Under the pieces are notes generated by a model. That model ran no database searches. It was not told the DNA's origin and saw nothing but the letters and a program-made list of their open reading frames with translations. DNA of 64,000 nucleotides from assembly GCF_001194135.2 (NCBI RefSeq), contig NC_069001.1:35704623-35768622 (forward strand). The letters are read 5' to 3'. Shown here one piece after another: positions 42,047-54,200 of the stretch; position 1 is the stretch's first letter, and each line of letters begins with the position of its first letter. A program made the position numbers and the translations under genes. The stretch is from Octopus bimaculoides. Taxonomy: Eukaryota.

Positions 42047-42269
42047 AAGGCGGCGAGCTGCCAGAAACGTTAACCTGCAGGGAGAAACGCTTAGCGGTAT
42101 TTCGTCTGCCTTTACATTCTGAGTCGAAATCCTGCTGAGGTCGACTTTGCTTTTCATCCTTTCGGGGTCAATTAATTAAGTATCAGTTGCATTCTGGGGT
42201 TGATCTAATCGACTGACCCCCACCTCCCCTAAAATTTCTGGTCTTGTGTCTAGAGTAGAAAAGAATATT
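42047..42269 (+). mobile_element. Family A tRNA-like SINE, full copy
   Basis: aaggcggcgagctgccagaaacgttaac...ctgagtcgaaatcc (B-box-like)...gactttgcttttcatcctttcggggtc...cttgtgtctagagtagaaaagaatatt; (ATT)-type tail. Confidence 0.85.
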
Positions 42270-44446
42270 GTTATTGTTGATGTTGTTTGTTGTTTAACCC
42301 CAGGTTAGTTCCAGTCAGGATCAAAGACATCCTAACTATGATTATTTCCATCACTGAACCCTTTTTTTTTTTCTTCTTTTTTCCGCTTCACTGTGTATGA
42401 CAGAACTATACATATGTTGGCACAGTATCGTCCGCTTTGCAATCTTGAAGCCCCAGGGTCAATCCCACTGCATTACATCTTAACTACACAACCACGCCGG
42501 TCCCTTTTGATGCCAGCTCACCTGAGACCACTGCTGGTTCTGTGAGACAAAAATTCTGTAACTTAGCAGTTCGGCAAAAAAAGACTAATGAAATAAATCA
42601 CTTGACAACCGATGCTGGTGTGTTTATGTCCCCGTAACTTAGTGGTTCAGCAAAAAAGACCGATAGAATAAGTACTAGGCTTACAAAGAATAAGTCCTGG
42701 GTTCGATTTGTAATGTATATATATTTTATACATCCATATATGTGTGCGTGTAGATACATATATACATGAAATAAATAAACAGATATAAATAAGAAAATGG
42801 TTTTTTTATCAACTAATTCTTGCAGTCTTTGATGTTGAACGATTCAACCAAGAACCAATATGCTTCGTCTTGCTTGCCTTCTTCTTCTTCTTCTTCTTCT
42901 CCTCTTTCTCCTCCTCCTCCCCCTCCTTCTTCTTCTTGTCTCAGCACCAATCTCCAGAATGGATCTCTTACATTTTATTAAGCCATTATTATATACAGAA
43001 ATGTTTGCGTCTGACAATAGCAGCTGAAACAGGAGATTCCTTAATGTCCAACGGATATTCCACAAACCGGACAACTATCCGATGCTGTATCTGTTCTCAG
43101 TGTCATTTAATACGATGTGTGTCCATTAGAGATATGAAATGTATATTTGGCAGACACTATTAGTTTATATTCAATTTCTTGTTTGTTTCTTTCTGGTTAA
43201 TGTGCATGTGTATGTATATAACATCATCCTCATTGTCATCATCATTGTCGTCATCATCGTCATCATCATTTAACGTCCACTCTTTGTGCTGGTATAGGTC
43301 AGCTGGTTTGACTGGAGCTGATAAGCTGGAGAGCTGCACCAGGTTCCGGTCTGATTTGGTATAGTTTCTATGACCAGCTGCCCTTCTTAATGCCAACCAC
43401 TCCAGAGGTGTAATTGGTGCTTTTACGTGCCACCAGCCTAGGTGCCATTTACATGACACTGACAATGGCCATGATTATGGATGCCATAATATAGGCGCAG
43501 GCATAGCTGTGTGATAAGAAGCTTACTTACCAACCACATGGTTCCGGGTTCAGTTCCATTGCATTGCACCTTGGGCAAGTGTCTTCTGCTATAGTCTTGA
43601 GCTGCCCAAAGCCTTGTGAGTGGATTTGATAGACAGAAACTGAAAGAAGCCTGTTGTGTGTGTATATAAATATGAAATTATCAGATTGAGATAAAAACCC
43701 AAGGCAGTGATGTGTACAAGTATTATCAGATCAAATATCAAATATGTTAGGGGCATATTTGAACCAATAGGAAAGGCACCCCTGCTCCCTCAAGAGAGCA
43801 TTTCTGTTTTTATCTTGCAAGTAACATAGCAGCCTTAATTGTGCCAGTGACACACAAAAAAAAGCACCCAGTACACTCTGTGAAGTGGTTGGCATTTGGA
43901 AAGGAATCCAGCTTTGGAAACTATGTGAAAGCAGCTGCTGCTCATCAATCTGATCCCGTTGAACCATCCGATCCATGCCATCATAGAAGACAAACATCAA
44001 ATGATAGTAATGATAATGATGACGACGAATGATACCTCTTTCTCCCTCGTTACACCCTGTCCCTTTCTCTCATTAAACAAGCATCCATCCGTTGCTGAAT
44101 CTCCATGTTTACCTTTCGAGGCATTATCGTATTTTTATAGCAATTTAACANNNNNNNNNNNNNNNNNNNNNNNNNNNNNNNNNNNNNNNNNNNNNNNNNN
44201 NNNNNNNNNNNNNNNNNNNNNNNNNNNNNNNNNNNNNNNNNNNNNNNNNNNNNNNNNNNNNNNNNNNNNNNNNNNNNNNNNNNNNNNNNNNNNNNNNNNN
44301 NNNNNNNNNNNNNNNNNNNNNNNNNNNNNNNNNNNNNNNNNNNNNNNNNNNNNNNNNNNNNNNNNNNNNNNNNNNNNNNNNNNNNNNNNNNNNNNNNNNN
44401 NNNNNNNNNNNNNNNNNNNNNNNNNNNNNNNNNNNNNNNNNNNNNN

Positions 44447-44484
<38 letters not shown>

Positions 44485-44801
44485 TGTGTGTGTGTGTATG
44501 TGTGTGTTTGTGTGTGTCTGTGTGTGTGTGTGTTTGTGTGTGTGTGTTTGTATGTGTGTGTTTATGTGTGTGTGTGTGTGTGTGTTTATGTGTGTGTGTG
44601 TATGTGTGTATTTTTGTGTGTGTGTGTGTGATGTGTGTGTATAATTTCTGTTATTTTACTTTTATTTTCCTCTTTTTGTATTTCTATTTAATTTTATTTT
44701 CTTTAATTTTTTTTTATTTACCTTTTTATGTTGCTGCTTGACAAAAACCAAGTCTTGGAACCAAGCAACAGAAAAAAAAAATTTTTTTTTTTTTACTTCA
44801 G

Positions 44802-44890
44802 CTCTTTTGGAAAGATGTTGAGATTACTCTGGCTACTCCAAAGAGCATGTTGGAATTGCCATTATATGGCACAAAAAGTGGAGGAAAATG
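44802..44890 (+). CDS. Candidate internal exon of an unidentified spliced gene (89 nt)
   Basis: Strong acceptor ttttttttttacttcag and donor ATG|gtaact; two frames open (LFWKDVEITLATPKSMLELPLYGTKSGGK or SFGKMLRLLWLLQRACWNCHYMAQKVEEN); no recognised homology. Confidence 0.3.
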
Positions 44891-47239
44891 GTAACTTGCC
44901 AATAAAATTCTTATATATTGGAAGCAATCTCATTCTTTCACATGTTAAGGAATCGGTCTTGCGGTTTACAATCTACAGTTGTGGTTGAGGAAAAAAATCC
45001 TCAAAAATCTATGATAGAACTTTTTAGGAGGTGGTGGCAGGGGAGTCTCTCTCATTATGACTTGCTAGGAATAATTGCTAATCGTCCCTTCAATCATATC
45101 TATTCTAGCATTCTAAAAATTAGAAGATAAAGGCATGGTTGGGTAATTTAAGAAGTTTGCTTCTCAAATCTATGACTTTAGGTTCAGTCCTATTGCATGG
45201 AACTGAACCTAAAGAAAAACTGGACTTCAGTATGAATTCCCTTTCAGTTTCTGTCTGTGAAATCGACTCACAAGGTTTTGTTCAAACAGAGGTTTTAGTA
45301 AAGGACCTAGATGCAGTGTGGAAGGATCGATCCCCAACGATATGGTTGTGAAACAGACTTCTTAACCATGCAGCCATGCCTCTGCCTAAATGAAAAACAG
45401 TTACAAGGAAACATCTGAGAGGTTTTCAGAAGTGGTGTTGCAAAAAAATATTTTATCTAAACTTTTTTTATTTCTCCAAGACTGTAAAAGATATATTTTA
45501 TTAATGCTCTCAGCAGCGAAAAAAAAAAAAAAAAAAAAAAAAAAAANNNNNNNNNNNNNNNNNNNNNNNNNNNNNNNNNNNNNNNNNNNNNNNNNNNNNN
45601 NNNNNNNNNNNNNNNNNNNNNNNNNNNNNNNNNNNNNNNNNNNNNNNNNNNNNNNNNNNNNNNNNNNNNNNNNNNNNNNNNNNNNNNNNNNNNNNNNNNN
45701 NNNNNNNNNNNNNNNNNNNNNNNNNNNNNNNNNNNNNNNNNNNNNNNNNNNNNNNNNNNNNNNNNNNNNNNNNNNNNNNNNNNNNNNNNNNNNNNNNNNN
45801 NNNNNNNNNNNNNNNNNNNNNNNNNNNNNNNNNNNNNNNNNNNNNNNNNNNNNNNNNNNNNNNNNNNNNNNNNNNNNNNNNNNNNNNNNNNNNNNNNNNN
45901 NNNNNNNNNNNNNNNNNNNNNNNNNNNNNNNNNNNNNNNNNNNNNNNNNNNNNNNNNNNNNNNNNNNNNNNNNNNNNNNNNNNNNNNNNNNNNNNNNNNN
46001 NNNNNNNNNNNNNNNNNNNNNNNNNNNNNNNNNNNNNNNNNNNNNNNNNNNNNNNNNNNNNNNNNNNNNNNNNNNNNNNNNNNNNNNNNNNNNNNNNNNN
46101 NNNNNNNNNNNNNNNNNNNNNNNNNNNNNNNNNNATATATATATACATATGTTTGTATATATATATATATATACTTAGATATACATAAGTATGGGTATGT
46201 TTGCCCCTTCATCAAAGGATGATTGTAAATGAGTGTCACCATCATACAAGCGATGTCCCCCATTTCCAATCTGCCATGAAAACCTGTCTGGTCTTGGGGG
46301 AAATAATACCTTGGTTAGAAACATTTGAGAGCTGGCAACAGGGAGGGTGTGTCATCATAGAAAACGTACCTCAGGGAATTCCATCTGGCTTATGCATGCA
46401 TGGAAAATTCATCAAAGCGATGACAACAACGCCAATGATAATGATGATGTTGTTAATGATGCTGATAATTTTGATGTTGATGATAACAATGTTGATAGTT
46501 TCGCATGTTTTTTCTCTTTCATCATTATTTATTTGATGTTTGAAAGTTAATTGTTTATTAATCAATACTATTTTTCATTTCAGGTAAGTGATTCTTTCAA
46601 TTGATTCCTATTCCTAACGTTCAACATTATAGTTCACACCTTCCTCAGGTATGTAAAAAATATCTCTATCTATCAATACCTTTCACAGACTTTAACACGT
46701 TCACTGCCACCAACTGTCACTGGACCATACCAGTGATACCACACATTTCACACACTCACACTGCACACCACGTAATTACAAGAAAATGGGACTTTTTTTT
46801 GCATTTTTACAATATTTTATAATTAAACTTTAATATTTTAATATCCTCAAAACCATGTGGAAAATACATCATCATCATCATATTTTAACGTCCGCTTTCC
46901 ATGCTGGTATGGGTTGGATGATTTGACTGAAAATTGGTAAGCCAGGGAGCTGCACCAAGCTCTAATCTGATTTGGCAAGGTTTCTACAGCTTCCTAATGC
47001 CAACCACTCCAAAAGTGTAGTGGGTGCTTTTTACATCCCACCGGCACAGGTGCCATTGATGTGCCGCCGGCACAGGTGCCATTGATGTGCCGCCGGCATC
47101 GGCCATGACTATGATCTCACTGAGCTTGACAGGTCTACACATGCATGATATATTCCCAAAGGAATTCATTGCCTATCACATGTGTTTACATGATTGAGCT
47201 GCAAGGCTGCATTTTTTTAATACAGGTCTATATATATTA

Positions 47240-47454
47240 AAGGCAGCAAGCTGACGGAACTGTTAGCACACCGGGCAAAACACTTAGCAGTATTTTGTCT
47301 GTCCTTATGTTCTGAGTTCAAATTCCACCAAGGTCAACTTTGCCTTTCATCCTTTTGGGGTCGATAAATTAAATACCAGTTGTGTACTGGAGTCGATCTA
47401 ATCGACTGGCTCCCTCCCCAAAATTTCAGGCCTTGTGCCTAGAGTAGAAAAGAA
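47240..47454 (+). mobile_element. Family A SINE, full copy
   Basis: Colinear match to 42047-42269 including gagttcaaattcc. Confidence 0.85.
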
Positions 47455-47519
47455 AGTGTATATATTGGTGCCCACCATCCAAGAAAATCCAAAGATGCTT
47501 AATCCTAACAAAAACTGTA

Positions 47520-47728
47520 TTAGTTTTAAATTTTGGCCCAAGGCCAGTAAGTTTGGTGGGGTGGATATGTTGATTGTATCAACCTCAGAGCTCAACTTAT
47601 TCTATCGACCCTGAAAGGATAAAAGGCAAATTTGAACCCAGTGGTATTTGAACCCAGGGCATAAAGTTGGAAAATATTCCAGTAGGCATTTTGCCCCTTG
47701 CAGTCCTGATTCTGTCAGCCTGCTGCCT
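47520..47728 (-). mobile_element. Family A SINE, degenerate inverted copy
   Basis: Reverse-complement match (tcgaccctgaaaggataaaaggcaaa...tttgaaccc...attctgtcagcctgctgcctt). Confidence 0.7.
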
Positions 47729-48899
47729 TTACACAGACAAGTATATTCTCTAAAGGAAATGTTAGAGTTGGGTGGCAGCTTCTCTGCTGTGGGCCACAAG
47801 TTTGGTGCCAATGAATTTACCATTCTGTTCCATTTGTGAAGTACATGGAGATGATTCATTTGTCTCTGTTTCATTTATCACTGTTTTTTTTTTAACCAAT
47901 CTTCCAAAATAAATAAGAATAAAAATATAAAAAAAAGAACTTCATATTCAGACTTAGTTTCACTTTAGAGAATGGAAAGTTTTCTGCTGAAAGGCGAGAT
48001 TTGTTTCCTATTTTTTCTGTTTAAATCTTGAAACTTTACAGCTTTCTTGTCTCGCATAATTTATCTCTGATCCATGCTCGTTCTTGTTAGTAGTAGTTCC
48101 TGGGTCCTGAAGACATCTCTAAATTACTGTAGGAATTCTGCTTGTGTTTTAACCTTCCATATTGTTTCCATCTGGAAGACATGTGTAAGCTGCCATCTAC
48201 CTATCAAGTAAAAAGATTATAATTTCGTTGAGATATTTACAGTCATGTTTATTTCTGAGGTGAGTCATTAATAGGAGAAACTTTCATTCTCAAAGAGCGT
48301 GGTGCCGAAGATGGGGAGGAAGAGAGAGAGAGAGACAGAGAGAGAACATGCTTCAGCCAATAATAATGGGTGTAGGTCATGAAAGTGTGAAGAAAATAAA
48401 ACATATTTCCAAAGGAAAAAAGCTCGCTTTGTAATGTGTCCATTAACAGAAGTAATAAAGTCGAGATAACAAACTATAAAACATGGCCAGAACTATAAAT
48501 GGTATGGATAAAAAAAAAATAACACCAAATGGCTGGATTATATTGTAGTTACTGGATGGGAAAGAGTGGGGGAGGGAAAGAGAAAGGGGGAGATAATCAT
48601 CAGAGAACTTTTAGCCTTTTTCACATCAAAGGTGTTGACATTAGCCATAAAAATATTCTCCCATTTAAACAGTAACAGTTTTAAGTTTATGGGCAACTTA
48701 AGAAAATTACTTTTCATCGACTAGAACTAGAAACAAGAGAATGAAAGCTGGAATACATAGGAAAACTATGAGAAAACTATCCTGCAATATCAGATTTAAA
48801 TATTTTAGAGTTAGTTACATTAGATTACACCTGTGTTGCTGTGGATGGTATGTTGTTAAGATGGCATGTCTTGTGTTGCATTAATCTTTTATCGAGACA

Positions 48900-49030
48900 T
48901 GTCATTCGTTCACCCTGAACATACTTAAGATAGGATGACAGAACAGCTGGATGTGATTGTTCTGGATAGATTCCTCTTCTTTGCTAACCAGTTGGTGGAG
49001 GTGTAAAACAGGGTTGTCTTCTAACATTTC
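48900..49030 (+). mobile_element. Possible RTE-like LINE RT remnant
   Basis: GVKQGCLL at 49000-49023 (cf. GVKQGCxL of RTE RT); upstream similarity weak. Confidence 0.35.
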
Positions 49031-49150
49031 CAGATCTGGTTTCTAGTTTGGGTCCATGCTACTTTTCGATACTGCACACTACCATGTGTTCTTTCTCTTT
49101 TTTTGTTTTTGTTTTGATGATGATGATTATTACTGTCATTATTATTACTT

Positions 49151-49187
<37 letters not shown>

Positions 49188-49230
49188 CATTATTATTATT
49201 ATTACTGTCATTATTATTATTATTATTATT

Positions 49231-49445
49231 AAGTTGGCAAGCTGGCAGAATTGTTAGCGCATTGGACGAAATGCTTAGTGGTATTTCACCCGTCGCTACA
49301 TTCTGAGTTCAAATTCCGCTGAGGTCGACTTTGCCTTTCATCCTCTCAGGGTCGATAAATTAAGTACCAGTTGCATACTGGAGTCAATCTAATCAACTGC
49401 TCCCCTCCCGTGAAATTTCAGACTTTGTGCCTACAGTAAAAAGGA
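49231..49445 (+). mobile_element. Family A SINE (first of a tandem pair)
   Basis: Full match; flanked on both sides by (TAT)n. Confidence 0.85.
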
Positions 49446-49465
49446 TTATTATTATTATTAGAGAA

Positions 49466-49685
49466 AAGGTGGTAAACTGGCAGAATTGTTAGCATGCTGG
49501 AGAAAAAAATCCTTAGCGGTATTTTAACCATTGTTACATTCTGAGTTCAAATTCCGCCGAGGTTGACTTTACCTTTCATCCCTTTGGGGTTGATAAATTA
49601 AGTACCAGTGAAACACTGGGGTTAATATAATCGACGAGCCCCCACCCAACAAATCTGAGGCCTTGTGCCTCCAGTAGAAAGGATT
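49466..49685 (+). mobile_element. Family A SINE (second of a tandem pair)
   Basis: Full match; flanked by (TAT)n. Confidence 0.85.
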
Positions 49686-49719
49686 CTTCTTATTATTGTT
49701 GTTGTTATTATTATTATCA

Positions 49720-49750
<31 letters not shown>

Positions 49751-49757
49751 ACTTTAG

Positions 49758-49852
49758 TACGAGCAGTCTTAGGTGACTTTGTATTAAAAGGGGTTAACAC
49801 TGGAGAGATGTTATCAGTATATTCAACAGGAGGGTTAATTAAAACAAAACTG
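49758..49852 (+). CDS. Candidate exon (95 nt)
   Basis: Acceptor tactatactttag, donor CTG|gtgaga; encodes RAVLGDFVLKGVNTGEMLSVYSTGGLIKTKL; no recognised homology. Confidence 0.25.
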
Positions 49853-50274
49853 GTGAGATATATATTTAATTACAGAAAAATCATGACGGTAACGAATGGC
49901 ATATGTTGGCTAGTGTCACAGAGTGTAATGTTGTACCGAAGCTCCAACTACTTTGGTACAAATATAAACATAGAAATTTTAGGCGATTTCTCTACATAAT
50001 ACAACATCAAGTTTGACTTATTCACTTCTTTCGAGAGTGAATTATTAGATTTCCAACGCAAATTACTTACACATGTGGACAGGGTAGGCAGAAACTGAAG
50101 AAAGTTCATTGTGTATGTGTGTGTGTGTATGAGTCATCCTCTTAGCATCATGTGAGTGTTGTAAATGAATGTCACCTCCATACAAGCAGTGTTGTTCGTT
50201 TTCAGTCTTCCATGTAAACATGCCGAGTCTTGGGGAAATGTTTACCTTGCTTGCAAACAGATGAGGGTTGGCAA

Positions 50275-50370
50275 CAGAAAGGCCACTTGGCCACAGAAAG
50301 GCCACTTGGCCACAGAANNNNNNNNNNCAGAAAGGCCACTTGGCCACAGAAAGGCCACTTGGCCACAGAA
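50275..50370. repeat. 19 bp tandem repeat cagaaaggccacttggcca spanning a 10-N gap
   Basis: Two units on each side of the gap; copy number may be inflated by assembly. Confidence 0.7.
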
Positions 50371-50642
50371 AAATCTGCCTCAATAGGTTTTATTTGACCC
50401 AGGCAAGCATGGAAAAGTGGATGTTGAAATGGTGAGGAATATTTTCTGGTATTGCAAGAACCAAATCATTACAAAGGAAATTTACCATTTTTTTTTTTTT
50501 TTTTTTTTGCTTACTTAGAATACACATATTATCTTTTTGTCATTCACATGAGAATAACAGACAACTGTGCTTGTCATTGTCAGATATATTGTGCCATCAG
50601 CATCAATTACCATATTTCTATAGATTAGTCTTTACTAGTGAA

Positions 50643-50973
50643 GGCATATGGCTCAGTGGTTAGAGCGTCGAACTTATAACTGTGAGGTTGGGAGTTTGAA
50701 TCCCAGACCAAACTGTGTGTTGTGTTCTTGAGCAAGACACTTTATTTCATGTTGCTTCAGTTCACTCAGCTGTAGAAACGAGTTGCAACGTCACAGGTGC
50801 CAAGCTGTATCGGCCTTTGCCTTCCTCTTGGATAACACTGGTGGCATGGAGAAGGGAGGCCTGTATGCATGGGTGACTGCTGGTCTTCCATAAACAACCT
50901 TGCCTAGACTTGTGCCTCGGAGGGGAACTTTCTAGGTGCAGTCCCATGGTCATTCATGACCGAAGGGGGTCTC
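50643..50973 (+). mobile_element. Family D SINE (tRNA-derived head, conserved central domain, tail type 1)
   Basis: A box tggctcagtggttagagc, B box gagtttgaatccc, then tgtgttcttgagcaagacactttatttca...cagttcactcagctg; resembles Meta/V-type SINE central domains (from memory). Confidence 0.75.
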
Positions 50974-51239
50974 CGATAGTCTTTACCAATATTTTTCCTG
51001 TTCACATTGTCTACACCAGTGATTCTCAGCCACTGGTGTGATGTGTGACTGCTGTTGTACTGTAGTTGCTGTTTTACACTAGTAACCACACTGGCAACTA
51101 GTTATCTGATACCGTTGTAGCTCTTCCACAAGACACCGACTAGAACTGTCAACTCTCGACCCTCCCTTGACAACCAGCTACTGGTTTATTCCGAGTGGCA
51201 TATACAGTTTTACTGTACAATGTCCTTTCATTACAATAT

Positions 51240-51725
51240 TTCTGTTGAAATATACTATCTGTCTTTTAATTTATTTTGAAAATAATGAAGTATTTAATAA
51301 AATGATTTTGCCATTATTAAGTTGGTTTTTGGAACATTGAATTTATGTGAAATTTTCATGGCAAGTTTTAAATCCGATCATTTTGAAAGAGGAAGTGTTG
51401 TCATAAAACAGGTAGTGGTTTCAGGTAAGTTGGCACCAAAAGAAACTTTTAAGTTGGCAGGCAGGGAAACTAGAAGGGCTGGTTCAAATGTTTGCCATTC
51501 TATTATAGGCAAAGAAGGATCCATTTAATTTCTATTTAACCTTTCATTATCGTAATTCTGTTAAGATACATTAACTTATTTCCAATTAATTATGAAGAGA
51601 ATGAAGAATTAAGTTATTATTAAACTGCTGTTTGCAACCAAAATTAACACGAAATTTTGACGAAAGGTTTTAATTTAGATTGCTTTAAAACAGGAAGTTT
51701 GTATGACAAAACCGGGGGTGGTCAC
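51240..51725. repeat. Two diverged tandem copies of an AT-rich dispersed repeat
   Basis: Segments ~51310-51415 and ~51615-51720 share gaaatttt...ggtttta a...gat..cttt.aaa.aggaagt. Confidence 0.55.
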
Positions 51726-51884
51726 ATGCAAGTTGATATCAAAGGCGTTTCTATTACATTCTGGAATATAATTATTCTGATATGGTATAAAAAATCATAC
51801 AACCAGATGTTATGACATACAAAGCAAAACTGCTGCATGATATCAGTGGCTCATCTTAAGCTTTTATAAAAGATATCACACTAC

Positions 51885-52081
51885 ACGAGGCGGTACTGAA
51901 AAGTTCCTGGCTTTAAGGGTATCACGAAAGGCCTGGTTGGAGGCCCAACCTTCTGAGTTCTTTTACAGAGCTTAGAAAAACTGAAGAACTGCAATAAGTT
52001 GTGTTGAATAAAATCATAATTAACTGATCCTCCTGTATTTTCTTTTACCCAAAGCCAGGAACATTTTCAGCACCCCCTCAT
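51885..52081. mobile_element. Mariner-derived MITE (~197 bp)
   Basis: TIRs acgaggcggtactgaaaagttcctggcttt / aaagccaggaacattttcagcaccccctca. Confidence 0.75.
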
Positions 52082-52235
52082 GCATTCTAATACAGCATGG
52101 CTGGATTCTTCCTTATGTTTAATGCATTTAAGCTTTTAGAAATGTTTATGCTATATCATATAAATGTTATAACATACATACATACATACATACATGTTTT
52201 TGGTGTTAATTTGTAACATCATATAATATCACATG

Positions 52236-52560
52236 TGAAGGCATGTGGCTCAGTGGTTAGGGCATTCAGCTCCCGATTGTAAGGTCACGAGTTCAATTCC
52301 CGGCGACACATTGTGTCCTTGAGCAAGACACTTTATTTCACATTGCTCCAGTCTACTCAGCTAGCAAAAATGAGTTGTACCTATATTTCAAAGGGCCAGC
52401 CTTGTCACACTCTGTATCATGCTGAATCTCCCTGAGAACTTTGTTAGGGGTACACGTGTCTGTGGAGTACTCAGCCACTTGCACATTACTTTCACAAGAA
52501 AGCTGTTCTGTTGATCGTATCAGCTTGGACCCTCGTCGTCATAACCGACAAAGTGCTCGT
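52236..52560 (+). mobile_element. Family D SINE (tail type 2) with perfect 14 bp target-site duplication
   Basis: A box tggctcagtggttagg, B box gagttcaattccc, central tgtgtccttgagcaagacactttatttcac; TSD tataatatcacatg at 52222-52235 and 52561-52574. Confidence 0.85.
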
Positions 52561-52876
52561 TATAATATCACATGATATCATTATTAGTTCCATTAAGTAT
52601 TGTAAAATGTATTCCAATATGGCTTGATATTGGAAAGGAGTTTATCTTCTCTGTTGTATATGCTTGGTATGTCTGGTATCTTTACATGTGGATATAACAT
52701 GATATATCAATCAACCGCAGGCAGTACTGTAATTATATGCATTCATGCTTGTGTGCATGTTTATGCACATGTGTGTATATGCACACATATGTGCTTGTGA
52801 ATAGATGTGTGTGTACACATATGTACTTGTGAATAGATGATATATATGTGTGTGTGTGTATATGTATGTATATATC

Positions 52877-52909
<33 letters not shown>

Positions 52910-53100
52910 TATATATATATATGCATATGTATGTGCAAACACACATATATATGCTGTTCTATTCTTTTCTCATTCAAACATTTTCTATATATTCTTACAT
53001 TGTGTGTGTGTGTGTGTATCTCTATATCCATGAATTTATACATCTACAAGTATATACTTATGCATGGTTTTGTGTGCATATATGTGTGTGTGTGTGTGTG

Positions 53101-53186
<86 letters not shown>

Positions 53187-53221
53187 AACATATATCTATG
53201 TATATGTGTGCATACATTCAT

Positions 53222-53258
<37 letters not shown>

Positions 53259-53780
53259 TGCACACACACACACACACATGTAAGTACAGATGTTCTTGTA
53301 TTACTACACAAGCTACAATCCTGACAGGATATCTTACTAAAATGGCAGTCAGCAAGTATTAATGAGATATCTTGGAAAACATTGAGAAATTCATTGTCTC
53401 CAAGGAACATTTTCCATTATTTCCAACTCCCGCCCGACCCCTTCTTCATCCCCCATCTCATTTTTTTCCTTCTTCCTCATCTTTCTTACTCCCCCCCCTG
53501 TCTCCTTCTTCAGCACCCACCTCTTACCCACCAACCCACCGCTTTACCATTCCTCTGTTGCTGTCCTGTGATTCTTTCATCTGATCATTTACCATTTCTG
53601 TCTTCCTTTTATCAATATTTTCCTTTTCCTGTAAAAGTGAATGAATGGAAGCCAGTTGAAGGATCAATACTTCTACGCTTTTTCTTTGTCCTGCACACAT
53701 ACACACACGCACATCTAATGTACAAATATACACCAATATATACATACATAGACAATTACATATATATATATATATATATA

Positions 53781-53963
53781 TGTAGTAAGTAGCTTGCTTA
53801 CGAACCACATGGTTCCGGGTTCAGTTCCATTGCATTGCACCTTGGGCAAGTGTCTTCTGCTATAGCCTCAGGCCGACCAAAGCCTTGTGAGTGGATTTGG
53901 TAGAAGGAAACTGAAAGAACCCCGTCATGTATATNNNNNNNNNNNNNNNNNNNNNNNNNNNNN

Positions 53964-54003
<40 letters not shown>

Positions 54004-54200
54004 TGTCTGTGTTTGTCCCCCCAACATCGCTTGACAACCGATGCTGGTGTGTTTACATCCCTATAACTTAGCGGTTCAACAAAAGAGACCGATAGAATAA
54101 GTACTAGGCATCCAAAGAATAAGTCCTGGGGTCGATTTGCTCAACTAAAGACGGTGCTCCAGCATGGCCACAGTCGAATGACTGAAACAATTAAAAGAGT
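53781..54200 (+). mobile_element. Family B SINE, full copy
   Basis: gtagtaagtagcttgcttacgaaccacatggttccgggttcagttcc...actgaaacaattaaaagagt; the internal microsatellite contains an N gap. Confidence 0.85.

Noticed and set aside
48244-48266. 17 nt micro-exon with gtgagt donor; also 37395-37411 on the minus strand
   Set aside because: Too short to distinguish from chance; the second abuts a SINE.
50643-50712. tRNA-like sequence with A and B boxes (also 52240-52305)
   Set aside because: No complete acceptor stem, and it continues into a SINE body; SINE head, not a tRNA gene.
51013-51039. 9 bp hairpin overlapping a hAT-like cagtgattctca start
   Set aside because: No partner TIR or 8 bp TSD found.
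51415-51430. Second cag|gtaagt AG-GT junction
   Set aside because: It lacks a polypyrimidine tract and lies at the edge of a dispersed repeat.
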